Positions 27,001-40,330 of a stretch of DNA of 64,000 nucleotides are shown one piece after another. The translations under genes and the position numbers were made by a program. Source of the stretch: Azolla caroliniana (Eukaryota; Plantae; Polypodiophyta); NCBI GenBank assembly GCA_043228905.1, contig JBHGNT010000018.1, positions 13,392,001-13,456,000 on the forward strand. The letters are read 5' to 3'. Below the pieces are notes generated by a model that did no database searches, was not told the DNA's origin, and saw only the letters and a list, made by a program, of their open reading frames with translations. Positions within the stretch are counted from its first letter, which is position 1. The number at the start of each line of letters is the position of its first letter.

Positions 27001-27548
27001 AGTCCACCTTTGCCAGGGATGGCTTCCGACTATACGCCCCACACAAGTGTCCCACCACAAGAATCTCCGGTTGGCCGAATGCCGATTTCTCACCCGAGAA
27101 GGTCAAGCGTGCATCTTTGAGTCTTTGTAGAACCTTCTCGCAATTGGAGATGTGATCTGCCACAAAACGTCTACACCCATCCTCGTCCAAGATTTCATCT
27201 TTCTCCGCTTCAAAGCACCCTTTTATGGGGATGTCATCGAGGAATGGCATGGTGATATCAGGGATGCAATCTCTCAATACCTTGTTCATTGCATTTACCA
27301 TGTGGGCTACAGAGTTAGTGCCTCCTTGTGGCAAGGTACTCATTCGCACTAGGCCGATATGGGTCCGCATCGTCGTGATGTCCCTACTCTCCACAGGTAG
27401 TTGGAATTGATCATACCCCAAATATAGATCACAGATTGAGTAAATAGACCTTCCAACAACGGCCTCGACGAATTCTTCAACGCTCAGCCCGACGCCTACA
27501 TTTTGAATTGTCACTTGATTAACAAGTTGTAGGTCCTAGATGAAGCGT
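24036..27548 (-). pseudogene. pol: RT-RNase H-integrase of C (interrupted by the MITE)
   Basis: PFLDDIPIKG, YNPEANGKIERGH and WFGLY match the G pol. Confidence 0.88.
25971..26857. mobile_element. hAT-type non-autonomous element (MITE)
   Basis: TIRs tagtaatgggcgcagtt and (rc) tagcaatgggcacggtt; 8-bp TSD cttccgcc/cttctgcc; many AAACCG/CGGTTT subterminal motifs; no transposase. Confidence 0.9.
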
Positions 27549-30500
27549 TGTCGTAGTGTAAATCGCACACTATGAGAAATTTGCATTTTTGGTCCCTTCG
27601 GATGGGACGAAGTAGACCCGGCAAGAGCCGGATGAAGAAGGCCGGTGAGAGTCGGTGAGAAACGAACAAAGAGGACCGGTAAGGAGGACCCGGTAAGGAG
27701 AACCGGTGAGAATCGGATAAAGGAGGAACCGGCAAGGAGGACCCGGTAAGGAAACCCGGTAAGAATCGGATCAAGGAGCCAGTTAAAGAAGGCCGGTGAG
27801 AATCTCTCACTGGATGAAGAGGCAAATTTGTAAAATAGAAGAAAATATTTATTACATGCATAGGGCAGGATTCAGGATTCAAACCCTGTACCTCCATATA
27901 GATAAACCCCACCCTTACCATTGAACTAAGTTATCCTAAGTGTTGTAAATATAGATTTAATACATATAAGACCTTTATTTACTCCTACCTTTATGGATCT
28001 CATGAAGAGGAAATGACAAAGTACAGAGGAAAATGCTCCAAGGGTGAATGCAAATACCATTTTAATGAATGACACCGAATCGGAGGAGGAAATTCCGAAC
28101 TCCCACTACACAAGGCCACACTGGGCACGTGGAACTACGGATACTCCGGTCCGAATCAACAACATCAAAGAGCCCATGCTAGCATTGATTGATCACAGAT
28201 CGGAGATCAATTTGATGTCCAAGGAGTTCTACCGAAAGGGGAAGTGGCCTATAAACACTAATCATGGATGGAAGATCCGGGCAGCCACTAAAGCAACGGA
28301 AGATCTATTTGTGGCTTGTCCGGATGTGACGGTGAAGATTGGGGATGTTGAGATCGACCAAAATTTCTTCGTACAAAACAAGGTCTCACATTCCGTGATC
28401 CTCGGGCAACCCTTTATCACGGCTTCACGGATGGAGACAAAGGTGCTCAATAGTGGTGCGGCTTTCGCACGAATTCGGAGCCAAAGCGGAGGGAAACCCG
28501 TCCAATTCCTAACTGTGGCGTCAAATCATGAAAGGAACAAGAGAGAGCTCTTGTCCGAAACAAGGATGGATTTTTAGAGCGGACTGTTGTGAAGTGGGGA
28601 AGTGATAGTTCGAGAAGCCCTGATACCCCACACTGGAAGAAAACTCTTAGAGCAAAACAAGTGTGAATCGGTCCAGATGGGGCATCTATGTACACGGCCG
28701 TAACCAAAGGAAAGATGAAAGAATACCGAAAAGTAGAGGATCAGTTGCAGTCGGCATCAATAATAAAAGAAGACGAAGAAATCGTGAGGGTAGTCGAAGA
28801 AGTGTTCTATGGGAGCACGCAACAATGGCTTGAAGAGCTTGCGAAAGAAAATAGCCAAGGAGACCGGGTAGTCCCGGTGGAATCGGTCGAGATGCACGAG
28901 ATCATTGCGAAAATAGGGCCAGATGCGCTCCACAACGAAGAAGCAATGGTAAGTACGAAATACAAGACCGTGGAGAAGAAAGTGAAAACGGATGCGGGAC
29001 CATTACCCGCCGATCGCGAGCAAAAGAGGAAAGAAGTCTCGGGAGATCCGACACTTCGGAAGTCCGTGGATATCGGACATGCCTTCACGGATGACACCCG
29101 GAAGAAACTTCAAATCGGTGGAGGTGGTTTCCTTTTACAAAATGAAGAAGAACGATTCTGTGGGATGTTGGAACAACATGGGAAAGAATTTGCATTCACA
29201 TCGAAGGAGATAGGGTGCGTTGATCCGAAGATAGTGGAGCCAATGGTGATCTTCACGATTGACCATGTGTCGTGGAACCTGAAGCCGATTTTGGTGCCGC
29301 GGGCGCATATTCCCAAAATCATCGACTTGCTCAAGGAGAAGGTGGCGATGGGGATTCTAGAGCCATCAAACGCTCTGTACTCAAATCGAGGGTTTACGGT
29401 TCCGAAGAAGAATGGGTCACTTCGATTTATCCAAGACTTGCAACCAGTTAACCGGTAATGCCGACGGAAACTGCAATCGCGACATGGACAATGCTACCGT
29501 GGAAGGAAGAGATGAGCTAGGAAGAACTACTAGCGGTCTGGATACGACAACTAGAGGGAAGACTGGAAGACATAGTGGAAGCAACACGCTGACAACAAGA
29601 AGCGTGATTCCGGAACAAAAGCCGGTTCGACACAAAGCACCGACTACGACCACGGAAGATTGAAGAAGCAGATTGGGTGATTGTCTATGACAGTAGTTTG
29701 GATCATCAACATCCAACGATACGGAAGTTCGCGAAAAGGTAGATTGGGCCATACGAGGTTAGAAAATTTTTCGACAATGGAACTTACCGACTACTCGAGT
29801 TGGATGGAACAATACTACGAGTGCCTATGGCGAGGAAGCGGGTAAAGATCTTCAAGAAGTGGACTGACGACAAACCCTATGTAACCCTAGACAAGACTGA
29901 CAACGAGAAGCAACCGGACAAAGATCACCGTGATGCGGAAAGCGAAGAAAGTGGGCTTCAACTCGTAGTCGACATAAGGGGAGAATCGGAGAGTGCTACG
30001 GATGAAGGCGAATAATAAGCATCGGGAACTTCGGCACATACCAAAGGATGTGCGGGTTCGGAGAGGGCAAGTGTCGTAGTGTAAATCGCACACTATAAGA
30101 AATTTGCATTTTTGGTCCTTCCGAATGGGACGAAGTAGACCTGGCAAGAGCCGGATGAAGAAGAGCGGTGAGAGTCGGTGAGAAACAGATGAAGAGGAAC
30201 GGTAAGGAGGACCCGGTAAGGAGGACCCGGTAAGGAGAACCGGATAAAGGAGGAACCGACAAGGAGGACCCGATAAGAACCGAATCAAGGAGCCGGTTAA
30301 AGAAGGCCGGTGAGAGTCTCTCACCGGATGAAGAGGCAAATTTGTAAAATAGAAAAAAATATTTATTATGTGCATAGGGCAGGATTCAAACCCTGTACCT
30401 CCATGTAGATAAACCCCACCCTTACCATTGAACTAACTTATTCTAAGTGTTCTAAATATAGATTTAATACGTATAAGACCTTTATTTAATCCTACCTTTA

Positions 30501-30928
30501 TTAAAAGGCAATTCATGCATTTTTAGAATGTGTGAATACTTTATTTATAAGAAAAATGTACACCAATAAAAAATTACTCATGCACATTTAGTGTGCATGA
30601 ACACTTTAGAAAAAACATGAAGTTATGCTTAGCCTCTTCCATCCTTATATAAGGAGGAGAGAAAGATGTATGGTGTTGTTGATTATTTACAAGGATTGAT
30701 CAATGTAATATACTCATGGGATTCACGAGTTTATCATCAAAATTCTCTTTCTTACAATCTAAATATTGATTAAATACACTAAACACGTGGGATTCATAAG
30801 TTTTATTTCTTACTTCTCTTTCTACCTATTCATAACTAACCTTATATTGTATTCTTCATTCTCCTTGTCCAAAACCTCAGTGGTTCCCACCCGACTCATG
30901 CAACGATCCGGAGCCGAAAGGCACGACA
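27549..30928 (+). mobile_element. Internally deleted gypsy element E (C/G group), inserted in RT of C
   Basis: LTRs at 27549-~27993 (3'-truncated) and 30072-30928 (tgtcgt...acgaca); 4-bp TSD gcgt; keeps protease (28044-28577), the start of RT (28688-29456) and the integrase C-terminus. Confidence 0.88.
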
Positions 30929-31576
30929 GCGTAAGGTGTCGTTCTTCTTTGGCACAGTGAACCACCTATTCGAGTATGGGGCGCCTGATGGCTCGAGGAT
31001 ACCCATCTCGATCTTTTCCTTGAGTAGCTCAATCAACTTCGGGATGTGAGCTCTCGGAACCGGGATTGGTTTGATGTTCCACGGTACATGCGGTACCGTA
31101 AAGATCACCATTGGCTCCAAAATATTAGGGTTTACGCACCCTATCGCTATCAGAAATAGTACTAAGACAGAGAAGTAATGTTAGGAACAGTATTAAGACA
31201 AAGAAGGAATTAGAACTAAAAGATGAGGATTAGTACTAACGGAGGTGTAGAACTCTCGAGAGAAGGAAAGAGTGAGTGATAGAGAGAGAGAGAGAGAGAG
31301 AGACTGAAAGAAGGAAAGAGTGAGTGACGGAGAGAGAGAGAGAGAGAATGATGATAACAAAAGATATATATTATGTTAAGATAATATACAATAGTAGCTA
31401 GGAGGCTTAAAACTAGCATTGAACCGATTGGGTTCGAAATAATGCCTTGTGTCTCTTTTTATAGTGTTCTCAAGAGTACTCCTGAAGTTTCTAGAATGTT
31501 CTAGAGAAATCTGGAATATACATAAATTTTCTATAGTAAAACATAAATGAAAATATATTCTTCGTATTATAACATA

Positions 31577-31636
31577 TAGTCTAATGGTCAAGAGCTTGAC
31601 CCATGTAACATAAGGTAACGGGTTCGAGTCTTGCCA
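31577..31636 (+). promoter_or_regulatory. tRNA-like Pol III A-box/B-box module in the LTR (copies also in the A, F, J and E LTRs)
   Basis: TAGTCTAATGG at 31577 and GGTTCGAGTC at 31621, at the canonical 44-nt tRNA spacing. Confidence 0.6.
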
Positions 31637-31646
31637 TATCATGACA

Positions 31647-34600
31647 CTATCCCCCCTTTAAAACGATGAGTGTTACGAGTCGTTTTGGATTGAAGACCCG
31701 GTTTGTCTAGATATTGACGATGGAAGTCTTCAAGAATAGCACGAGCATTGGTCACATTCTCTATTGGCTCCCAAGTACGCTCGCTCGAACAATATCCTAG
31801 CCAATTGACTAAATAGTAGAGCTTGTTGCGAACAATGTTGGAATTGAGGATGGCGGCAACCTCGTACGCAAGTCCATCTTCAACTTCGATCGGGAGTGGA
31901 GGTTGTATAATACGACCTGGGATGGTGCTGTCTTGATAGGGTTCGAGGAGAGAACTATGAAACACCGGATGTATCTGAAGTTGTGGAGGTTGATCAGGAC
32001 GAAAAGCGACATCATTAGTTTTTCCGATAATACGGAAAGGACCTAATCATTGATAATCCAACTTCTCACATGGGCGAGTAGTCTTGATGTGTCATCGAAG
32101 TAGCCATACCCGATCTCCAATGTTAAAACTGGATGGAAGCCAATGACGATCCGCGTAAACCTTGTGTGTTTGTTGAGCTTGTTGTAGATGAGTAGATAAA
32201 TCCGCTTGTATCTTGCGTAACCGCTCCAAACGAGCTTCTGTGCAAGGATTTGTGGGTAGCTCTAGGGTTTCAAATACACACCACTGGGGGTGACAGCCCG
32301 TATAAGCATAAAATGGTGTAACCTTTGTCGATGAGTGGACAGAGTTATTATACGCAAATTTGGTGAAGTGGAGAATATCTGCCCAGTCATCTTGATGATA
32401 GCTTAGAAAGCACCGAAGATACTTCTCCAGCGTTTGATTTGTTCGTTCTGCTTGGCCGTCTGTTCGCGGGTGGTAGCTGGAGGAGAGGTTACAAGTGACC
32501 TTGACCATTTTAAAGAGGTGCTTCTAGAATTTCGAGAGGAACTAGGGTCCACGGTCGCTGATGATACTATCGGGAAGGCCATGATGCCGACATACTTCAC
32601 ACATGATAGTTTCGGCGGTTTCCTCACTAGAGATTTCCTTAGTACATGGCAGGAAATGAGCCATCTTCATATATCAATCTACTACTGTTAAGATCACATC
32701 GAATCCCTTAGTGACGGGAAGATCTGTGATGAAATCTAGAGCAATGGATTGCCACGGCTTGCTTGGAATTGGTAATGGTTCTAATAAACCATATGGATGA
32801 TGCCTTTGCAATTTTGCTCTGCAACATGTATCACAAGTCCGAACAAAATCTTCGACAAATTGTCACAGATGGGGTCACTAGAATGATCGTTGTACTAAAT
32901 GTAATGTTTTAGTACTACCAAAATGCCCAACTATATATGTGCCATGACAGTTTTGGACTACTCAAAGGCGACAAGAACCATTAGGAACATACAAGATTTT
33001 CTTAAAGAATAGTAATCTATCATGACATTTGAATTGTCGATAGTCCGTCCCTAGTTGTTGTGACTGTGAACAAGATGCTCGAGAGGGATCAATTTGTGCT
33101 AGAAAGGCTTGGGCGAAAGCATCTGTCTTCAAGTCCTCACGTATGGTATCGATACCGTGGGAATCCAAGGGCATACCAAAGACCTGTGTTGCTTGCAATT
33201 GTGCTGGTCCTAGGATTACTTGCTTTTGGTTATCGAAAGTTGGCTCGCTAGGACACGGTGCTAGATATGAGGGCCTTGATAACGCATCTGCCTTCCCTTG
33301 TTGCTTCCCCAGATGATATGTAATTTTGAAGTCGAAATGAGTGAGGAATTGCGCCCACCAAGTTGTCGGTCGATTTAACACACGAGCATTCTGAAAGTAG
33401 GCAAGGTTTTTGTGATCACTGAATATGGTGATTTGATGAGAAGATCCCTCTAGAAAATGCCTCCATTGCATAAGAGAGTCCATGATTGCTAATAGCTCTT
33501 TATCATGAATTTCATAGTTGATTTCGGTGGCTTCAAACTTGCGTGAGTGGAAAGCCACAAGATGGAGCTTTTCATCATCGCCTTGTTGTGACAGAATGCT
33601 ACCCAAAGCAAAATTCGATGCGTCTGCTTCGATGATCAATGGTTTTTCTGGATCAACATGAGCTAGAATAGGAGCTGATGTAAATGCCTTCTTAAGACCC
33701 TCCAAAGCCACGTTTCCTTCTTCAGACCAAACAAATGATTGTCCCTTCCTAGTGAGTTGTGTGAGAGGCAGCACAAGCGTTGAGTAACCCTGTATAAACT
33801 TGTGATAGAAATTGGCAAAGCCTAAAAAGCATTGCACATCTCACAACGAACGAACACGGAGTCTGCCACTCTACCACCGTTTTGACCTTAGCTGGATCCA
33901 TGGAGATGCCTTCCAGGGAAATGACATAGCCCAGAAATTCTACCTGGTAGCACTCGAAACTACATTTTTCCAACTTTGCATAAAGACCATGTTCTCGAAG
34001 TCGTTTTAGTACTAACAATACATGAGAATCATGCTCTTCTTGGGTCTTTGAATAAACTAGTAGATCATCCAAATAGTAAGGCCGAATGGCATGACCGTAT
34101 ACTCGAAATGCCCATATCTGGTGTGAAACGCGGTCTTCCATTCATATCTTGATCGGATCCATACGAGGTTATATGTTCCTCGTAAGTCAATCTCTGTGAA
34201 GAACCTTCCACCATTGATCTGTCCTAAAAGTCTTGAGATAACGGGAAGTGCATACCTATTCCTGATGGTGACCTTAATCAAGCCATGGTAATCTACGACG
34301 AGACGAAGTGATCCATCCTTTTTCTTGACGAAGAAAATGGGTGTGCCGGTTGGAGATTTCGAATGTTGAATGAAACCATATGCCAAATTCTCCTCTATAT
34401 AGGCTCGAAGGACTTCTAGCTCAGTTGGTGACAAATTGTAGATCGTTCCCCATGGTGGCTATTTTCTCGGTTGTAAATCGATGGGGCAATCATACAGTCG
34501 ATGGTGAGGAAGCGTATTGGCTTGTGCTTTATCAAGCACATTGGCATAATGACGATACTTCTCTAGAAGTTGAATGATGGACTCCTCTTTAGTGGTGTTG

Positions 34601-36267
34601 GAGGGTTTTACTGAAACATTTCTTCCTTGCGTCCTTCCTCATGCAACTGATGTAGGGAAATGGTTGCAATCTTATGAGTAGATCCTCAGGTTTGTCGATA
34701 CCGGATTTCCCTTGTTTTCCAATGTATGTTTGGGTTATGTAATTCGAACCATGGTAATCCCAAAACAATGGGATGTTCTTGGATACTAATTATATTAAAG
34801 GATACTACTCACGCTAAAGTATCTAGGACAATATTAACGGGCTCTGACTCTTCTATGATATTTTTGGAAGCAATGGGATTACAATCAATGACTACTACAG
34901 AGGCTAGACACGGGAGTTTTCTTAGGGATATCTAACGAGCTTGGGCAAAATTCCTATCCATGAAGCAAGAATTAGCTCCGGAATCTAGGAGTGTTGAGAC
35001 ATGTACTAGAGAGGTACTTTTAGTACAAACTATTACTTGGGCTAAGAACACATTGCTAACTTGCTTAGAGGGAATGAAACCACTAATGGGCTACATAGAT
35101 CTAGGGATGTCCAACCAAACAACTCTTATTTTGGTTGGACTTAGTCGTTTAACTCTTCTTTTAACTGACTAAGGACATCAATTTTGTTCGATAGATTTCA
35201 ACTATTAGTACTATTAGGACTATCAGATATTCGTACTGAAATAGACTCGGGTTTAGTACAATTAGAACTAGCAACTATTTGGTTCACCTGTCTTCTTGGC
35301 CTATGGGGACAATTCATTGCAATATGCCCTAGTCCACCTCAATAAAGACATAGTCGATATGCTCAACGTCGCTGCTATTCACTGCAGTGTCAATTTCCAT
35401 CGGAGTTGGAGTATTCACTGGAGATGCATTATATGACTCCCTTGGAAAAGGTGTTGCTACCACTAAGGCGTAGGTGGGCTCTGATCTTGCCCTTGGCATC
35501 TGGAACTAACGTTCCGAACGTCGTTCAAAAAGACGGTTGTCACATCTCACCGCATGACTGATTGCTTCTGTCAATGACTTTGGCTCTTCGGAGAAGGTCA
35601 AGAGTAAATCCTTGACATCATTACGTAGACCATAACGAAATTGCTCCATAAGTGCTTGTTCATCCCAGAGGATATCGGAGGCAAGTAGGCGGAAATCTGC
35701 AGCATATGCGAAGGTTAGACGATCACCTTGACGTAATCGTAAGATTTTGTTGATTGTTGTCCTTATGCTATCAGTATCTCCAAAACAGGCTTTAAACTCA
35801 CTTAAAAACTCTTCAAAATTGTATAGTAAAAGAGATTCCTTTTCTAATAACGGAGCGAACCATGCCAAAGCTGAGCCGCTTAAGAACATGGCTACTAAAC
35901 CCACTCGTGATGCATCGGTGGGATATCAGGAAGGATGCATTTGAATGAATAATCGTACCTAATTAAGGAATCCCCTAAATTGCGATCACATTCCATCAAA
36001 TTTCATGCGAAGGCCAATCTTGGGTTCTTTATGAACCCCTTGCGTATTGGGTCCTTGTTGTTGCATCGTGACTATGGTTGGTTCGAGTTGTTGCACGCGT
36101 AACGCTAGTTACCCATGTTGTTGTTGTGTTTGCTGCTTCTCTAAGAAAATTTGTTGAAGCTCCTCCAACAGTTGTTGATTTTCTAATTCCAATGCAAGAA
36201 ACTTCTCTTTCAAGCATTGCAACTCTGAAAAAACGGATTGATATTCTTGAGCGCTAATAATGGCCAT
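31647..36267 (-). pseudogene. gag-pol of D with chromodomain
   Basis: Gag FLSGSALAWFAPLLEK, RT YLDD, RNase H, integrase, chromodomain YEVAAIL...YLVNWLGY; many breaks. Confidence 0.9.
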
Positions 36268-36812
36268 AGTATGAGAGAAAAGAGGATTAAGAGATTAGTA
36301 TGAAGGGAGGGAGAAGTAAGAAGATAAAGGAAGAGAAGGAAGAAGACGAAAATCGGTTCAAACTGTCAGGAGCAATACTAAGACAGAGAAGTATTGTTAG
36401 GAATAGTACTAAGACAAAGAAGGAATTAGAACTAAGAGATGAGGATTAGTACTAAGGGAGGTGTAGAACTCTCGAGAGACGGAAACAGTGAGTGAGAGAG
36501 AGAGAGAGTGATGATAACAAAAGATATATATCATGTTAAGAGAATATATAATAGTAGCTAGGACACTTAAGACTTGCGTTGAACCGATTTGGTTCGAAAT
36601 AATGCCTTGTGCTTCTTTTTATAGTGTTCTCAGGAGTACTCCTAAAGTTTCTAGAATGTTCTAGAGAAATCTGGAATATACATCAATTTTCTATAGTAAA
36701 ACTTAAATGAAAATAATATCCTTTGTATTATAACATATAGTCTAATGGTCAAGAGCTCAATCCATGTAACATAAGGTCACAGGTTCGAGTCTTGGCATAT
36801 CATGACAATCTC

Positions 36813-39200
36813 ACCCGATGAGAAGGCGAAAGCCTTTCTGTCGCTTTCGATCATCCTTCTAAATCTTTCCTCTTCCCTAGGTAATAGGAAGCCACCCCCA
36901 CCAATTCGGAGCTTTTTTCACATCTCGTCGGTGAACCGGTGCCCTATGCCTCATGGGTCCTGCAAGCTAGGATCAGCCGCTACCCCCTTTATCCGATCCC
37001 AACTATCGTTAGGCAATGGGGTAGCCACAGGCTTCCCCTTCTTGTCCACGGTCTTGTACTTTGTTTGCACCTTGACCGTCCTCGCTTCCTCGATCAACCG
37101 CCCAAGCTCTTCGATGGCGGTGTACATGTCAACTGAGTTGACTGGAATTACCTTGTCTTCATTGAGGCCCAAAGCGACTATCCTCTCCATCTCTTTGAGA
37201 GTGTCGTCGAACGAGACCGCCTCCATGGCACCGCTTATGGTGTCATCTTCCCCTAATAAATTACATTGTTTGAGATACCTTTTGAATCTCTTGACCCTAG
37301 GCTTATCTCTATCACTTAAACTAGTAATTTTACAAGCTTCATTTTTGGAGAACCAAAATTGTTTCCTATTACATTTAATAGTTTTGCAAGGGTTTAGGGT
37401 CTTAGTTTGCCTCGCGCTATTGCAGCCCCACTCTTTAATAGCCCGCATCAAAAATCCTCTCGGCTCTCCCCTTTGAGAGAGGCTCGATTGCGCTCATGGT
37501 TGGCCCTCACCGTAAGGAATTGGAGCGAATGCTTAACCCTCGCATATGTCGACCCGTTGGCTAGCACCTTCGTCCCTTTTTATAAAAGTCCATGGACATA
37601 AGGTTGATCTCAGAGCCATGGTCAATCAATGCTACAATCGACTCTTTTACATCTCCGACCCGTACCGGTGTCTCCATTGTCTCTCTCGCCCAATGCGGCC
37701 TCGTGTAGTGACTGTCTGCATAGTCTTCGCCTTCCTCGGGCACCTCAGTTGACAATGCATTTACAATCACGGGTTTTGGCACTTCTTGCTCCGTCAAGAG
37801 CCACTTCCTCTTCATTAGGTCGATGATGACCTCGTGGAACTCTTTCTTTGCAATTCCGAGGATGTCTCGTAGATTAAACTCTACGCGACTATTGAGGATC
37901 ATTTCCTCCACTACCTTCTTCAAGTCCGTTTATTGTTCGATCTCCGAGCAAAGGTTGAAGTTGGGGGGCTTCCCCTTCTCTTTCCATCTTTTGTCGCGAG
38001 CTTGAGACTAGTTTGGCTCTTCCCCTCTTCGTGCACCTCGAGCGTCGTATTTCTTTGATGGACCGGCTCCCTCGTCATTTCCTACCTACTTCATAGTTTT
38101 GGCAAGCGGCTTCCACTAAGCATGTCTTTTCTTCCACCGGTTCCTTTCGCCTGGTTGCTTATTGGACCCTTCTTTCCGCTTCTTCTCTTTTGAACTTTCC
38201 CCTAGAGAGGCTTCCAAGGATTGACGGCCAAAAGTCAAACTCTTTCTCCTCTTTCCTCCTCACCTCTTTCCCCACTCGGATCCCAGCCGACACTAAGTGT
38301 GGACGTCTTCAACATGTCGTGCTTCGGCCTCTTCCATTAGCCTTGTCATGCCCCCTCGGCCTTGATTCAATCCAAAGGAGCGCCTTGTCTCCGTCGAATA
38401 GACCCTATTGTTCCAAAGATAGACAATATCCCTTATGAGGGCCTCTTGAAAGTCTCCACACTCCCTTCGTAGGTGGTCGGGATTGTCGCACCACATACAT
38501 CTAGCTTGCGCTATTTGGAGATCTCACACCATCTTTGTGAGCTCGTCTATTGCCGACCCTCCAAACGGTGCTTCAACCACATTTCTCTCAGGGACAAACC
38601 TTGCATTTGCTTTCTCTCTTTCTTGACGTGCTCTACCACCCCTGGGTTCGTGCGTCTCACTAATGGAGCATGTGGATGTTTGGCCGCTCGACAGAGACCC
38701 GTCGTTCCATTCCCTTCTCTTATTGAAGCGACTACAAACTGGTTTTACCATAGCCCAATCCGTCATGAGCTCATCATCAGTTTCAAGGAGGAGCCCCACC
38801 TTATGTCGGTCTCGTGCATCAACAACTTTTATGAATAGTAGGACCTTGCTTGTGTGAAGCACTGTCCTATTGAGAGCCGAGACTCGTGTGAAGCGCTTCT
38901 CAAATTCTTGTAGAAGTGCCATAGTATTTTTCCCCTTGCCGAGAAGCTCAACCCACTCCATTAGATCCCTTTCCAAAATTCTGAGTGAGTCATCAAGGCC
39001 GTACTTCTCCAAGAGTCTTTCTTCAAACCCCTCCCAATTGCAACAGTCAGCTTGGATATTGAGTACCTATGCGTGGATACTCGGCGTTACCACTCTAGCG
39101 AATTCGGTTAGCCGCCTATCTTCGAGGACGTTTCGCAAAAGCATTTCAGCCTTATAGGCATCCAAGTAGCTCGTGTTATCTCTTCCGTTGAACTAACCCG
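36813..39200 (-). pseudogene. gag-protease and start of pol of C
   Basis: HYTRPHWAR..T, IDHGSEINL protease and C.WCDNPDHLRREC knuckle; collinear with G 50912-53700. Confidence 0.88.
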
Positions 39201-40330
39201 TTGTGCAAAGCAATCAACGTTTCCCAATGAAGCTCTTGTCTACAAAATAATGGTAGTGGACAAACCTTACATGTTCTTAAAAGACATGTACGACGATGCC
39301 ACTCACATGATGGTTCTTTTTCACAAACACAAGACCTCCATAACTCAGAAACGGATGCATAAGTCATGTTTCGTGCATTACACCTATTATCCTCCCCATT
39401 TGGTCTACAAACCTCACAAGTGCAAACACATAATTCCCCGTGTATACCCTTAGAATCAATACGCATTGCATTCACTCCAAGCCTTAGCATGTCCATCTTC
39501 ACGTGGTACACACAACAACATGTATTCCTCTCATTTAATTTTCTAACATAATATGGTTTCAAACCTTGGAACTTGCGAAATCCAACAGTCATGCTTGGAT
39601 GTTGGTCTTCAAAGTTCATGTACAATTCAGCCTACATCAACCAATATATTGCAAACATTAATATACACTTGGTCAAAACAAAAATTTATGAAATGTGAAT
39701 TGATATAAAAAAATGGAATACCTCAGTCATCTCCAAGAAAGTGTCTAGGGTGAATCTGGTACTTACCCCGACTTATTCGTTGTCTACACACGTCCTTCTT
39801 ATTTGGTGAGACACGCGTATTTTTTGCCCAAAACGAACCCACTTTCTCGATAATCTATTGAGACAAAGCATCACATCGTTGTCTACGTCCCAACCCTAGG
39901 CATTTGAATTGGCTTGAGTGTATATTTCAACGATGTTTCCTCAAATTCCTTCCTTGAATACTTAGGGCTAAGGCAGCTTTAGTATCACTATATTTTTTTT
40001 CTCTCGCACCGTTCACTAAATCTCTTCATTAGTCTATGCTAAATCTCTTCACGACCATGTGTAGGGTTGCCCTCTTTGCAGCAAGTTTGTCTATGCTCTC
40101 TACACCTTTCACTAAGTCCAAGGATGACTTCATAAACTCTACAATCTCTTCTGAAACACATTGGTCCCTAAATTTTATTCTCCTCATGTCTTCATTCAAA
40201 CGTTGATGGTGTAACACTCTACATATAATATCCCTACGATCCTCTTCACTAAATCTCTTTGTTATTTCTACCAAATAACGGACTATGTGAAGAACCACTC
40301 ATCTCTTGGTCCTTTCGGGTATACATGAGT
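39200..40330 (-). pseudogene. N-terminal half of a Cys-rich DNA transposase-like gene (Sola2-like by motif), with a 90-nt intron at 39632-39721
   Basis: TRVSPNKKDV...EMTE|AELYMNFEDQHP...FQGLKPYYV...RNTCCCVYH...C-C-C cluster; GT-AG intron keeps the frame; truncated by C. Family name is from motif recall only. Confidence 0.55.

Larger units (their letters stand above)
31148..36807 (-). mobile_element. Chromovirus element D, inserted in pol of C
   Basis: LTRs at 31148-31646 and 36364-36807; TSD atcgc/atctc; PPT aaaggggggatag. Confidence 0.92.
1637..39200 (-). mobile_element. Ty3/gypsy non-chromovirus element C (same group as E and G, Phygy-like by inference), 5' LTR lost, host of A, MITE, E and D
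   Basis: 3' LTR is split 1637-1837 and 22605-23975. PPT at 23976-23990 matches that of G. IN, RH, RT (PFLDDIPIKG), PR and gag fragments are collinear with G on the minus strand. Gag is truncated at ~39200. Confidence 0.85.

Noticed and set aside
31570-31645. Functional tRNA gene
   Set aside because: Acceptor and anticodon stems do not pair; only the promoter boxes and part of the T-arm remain.
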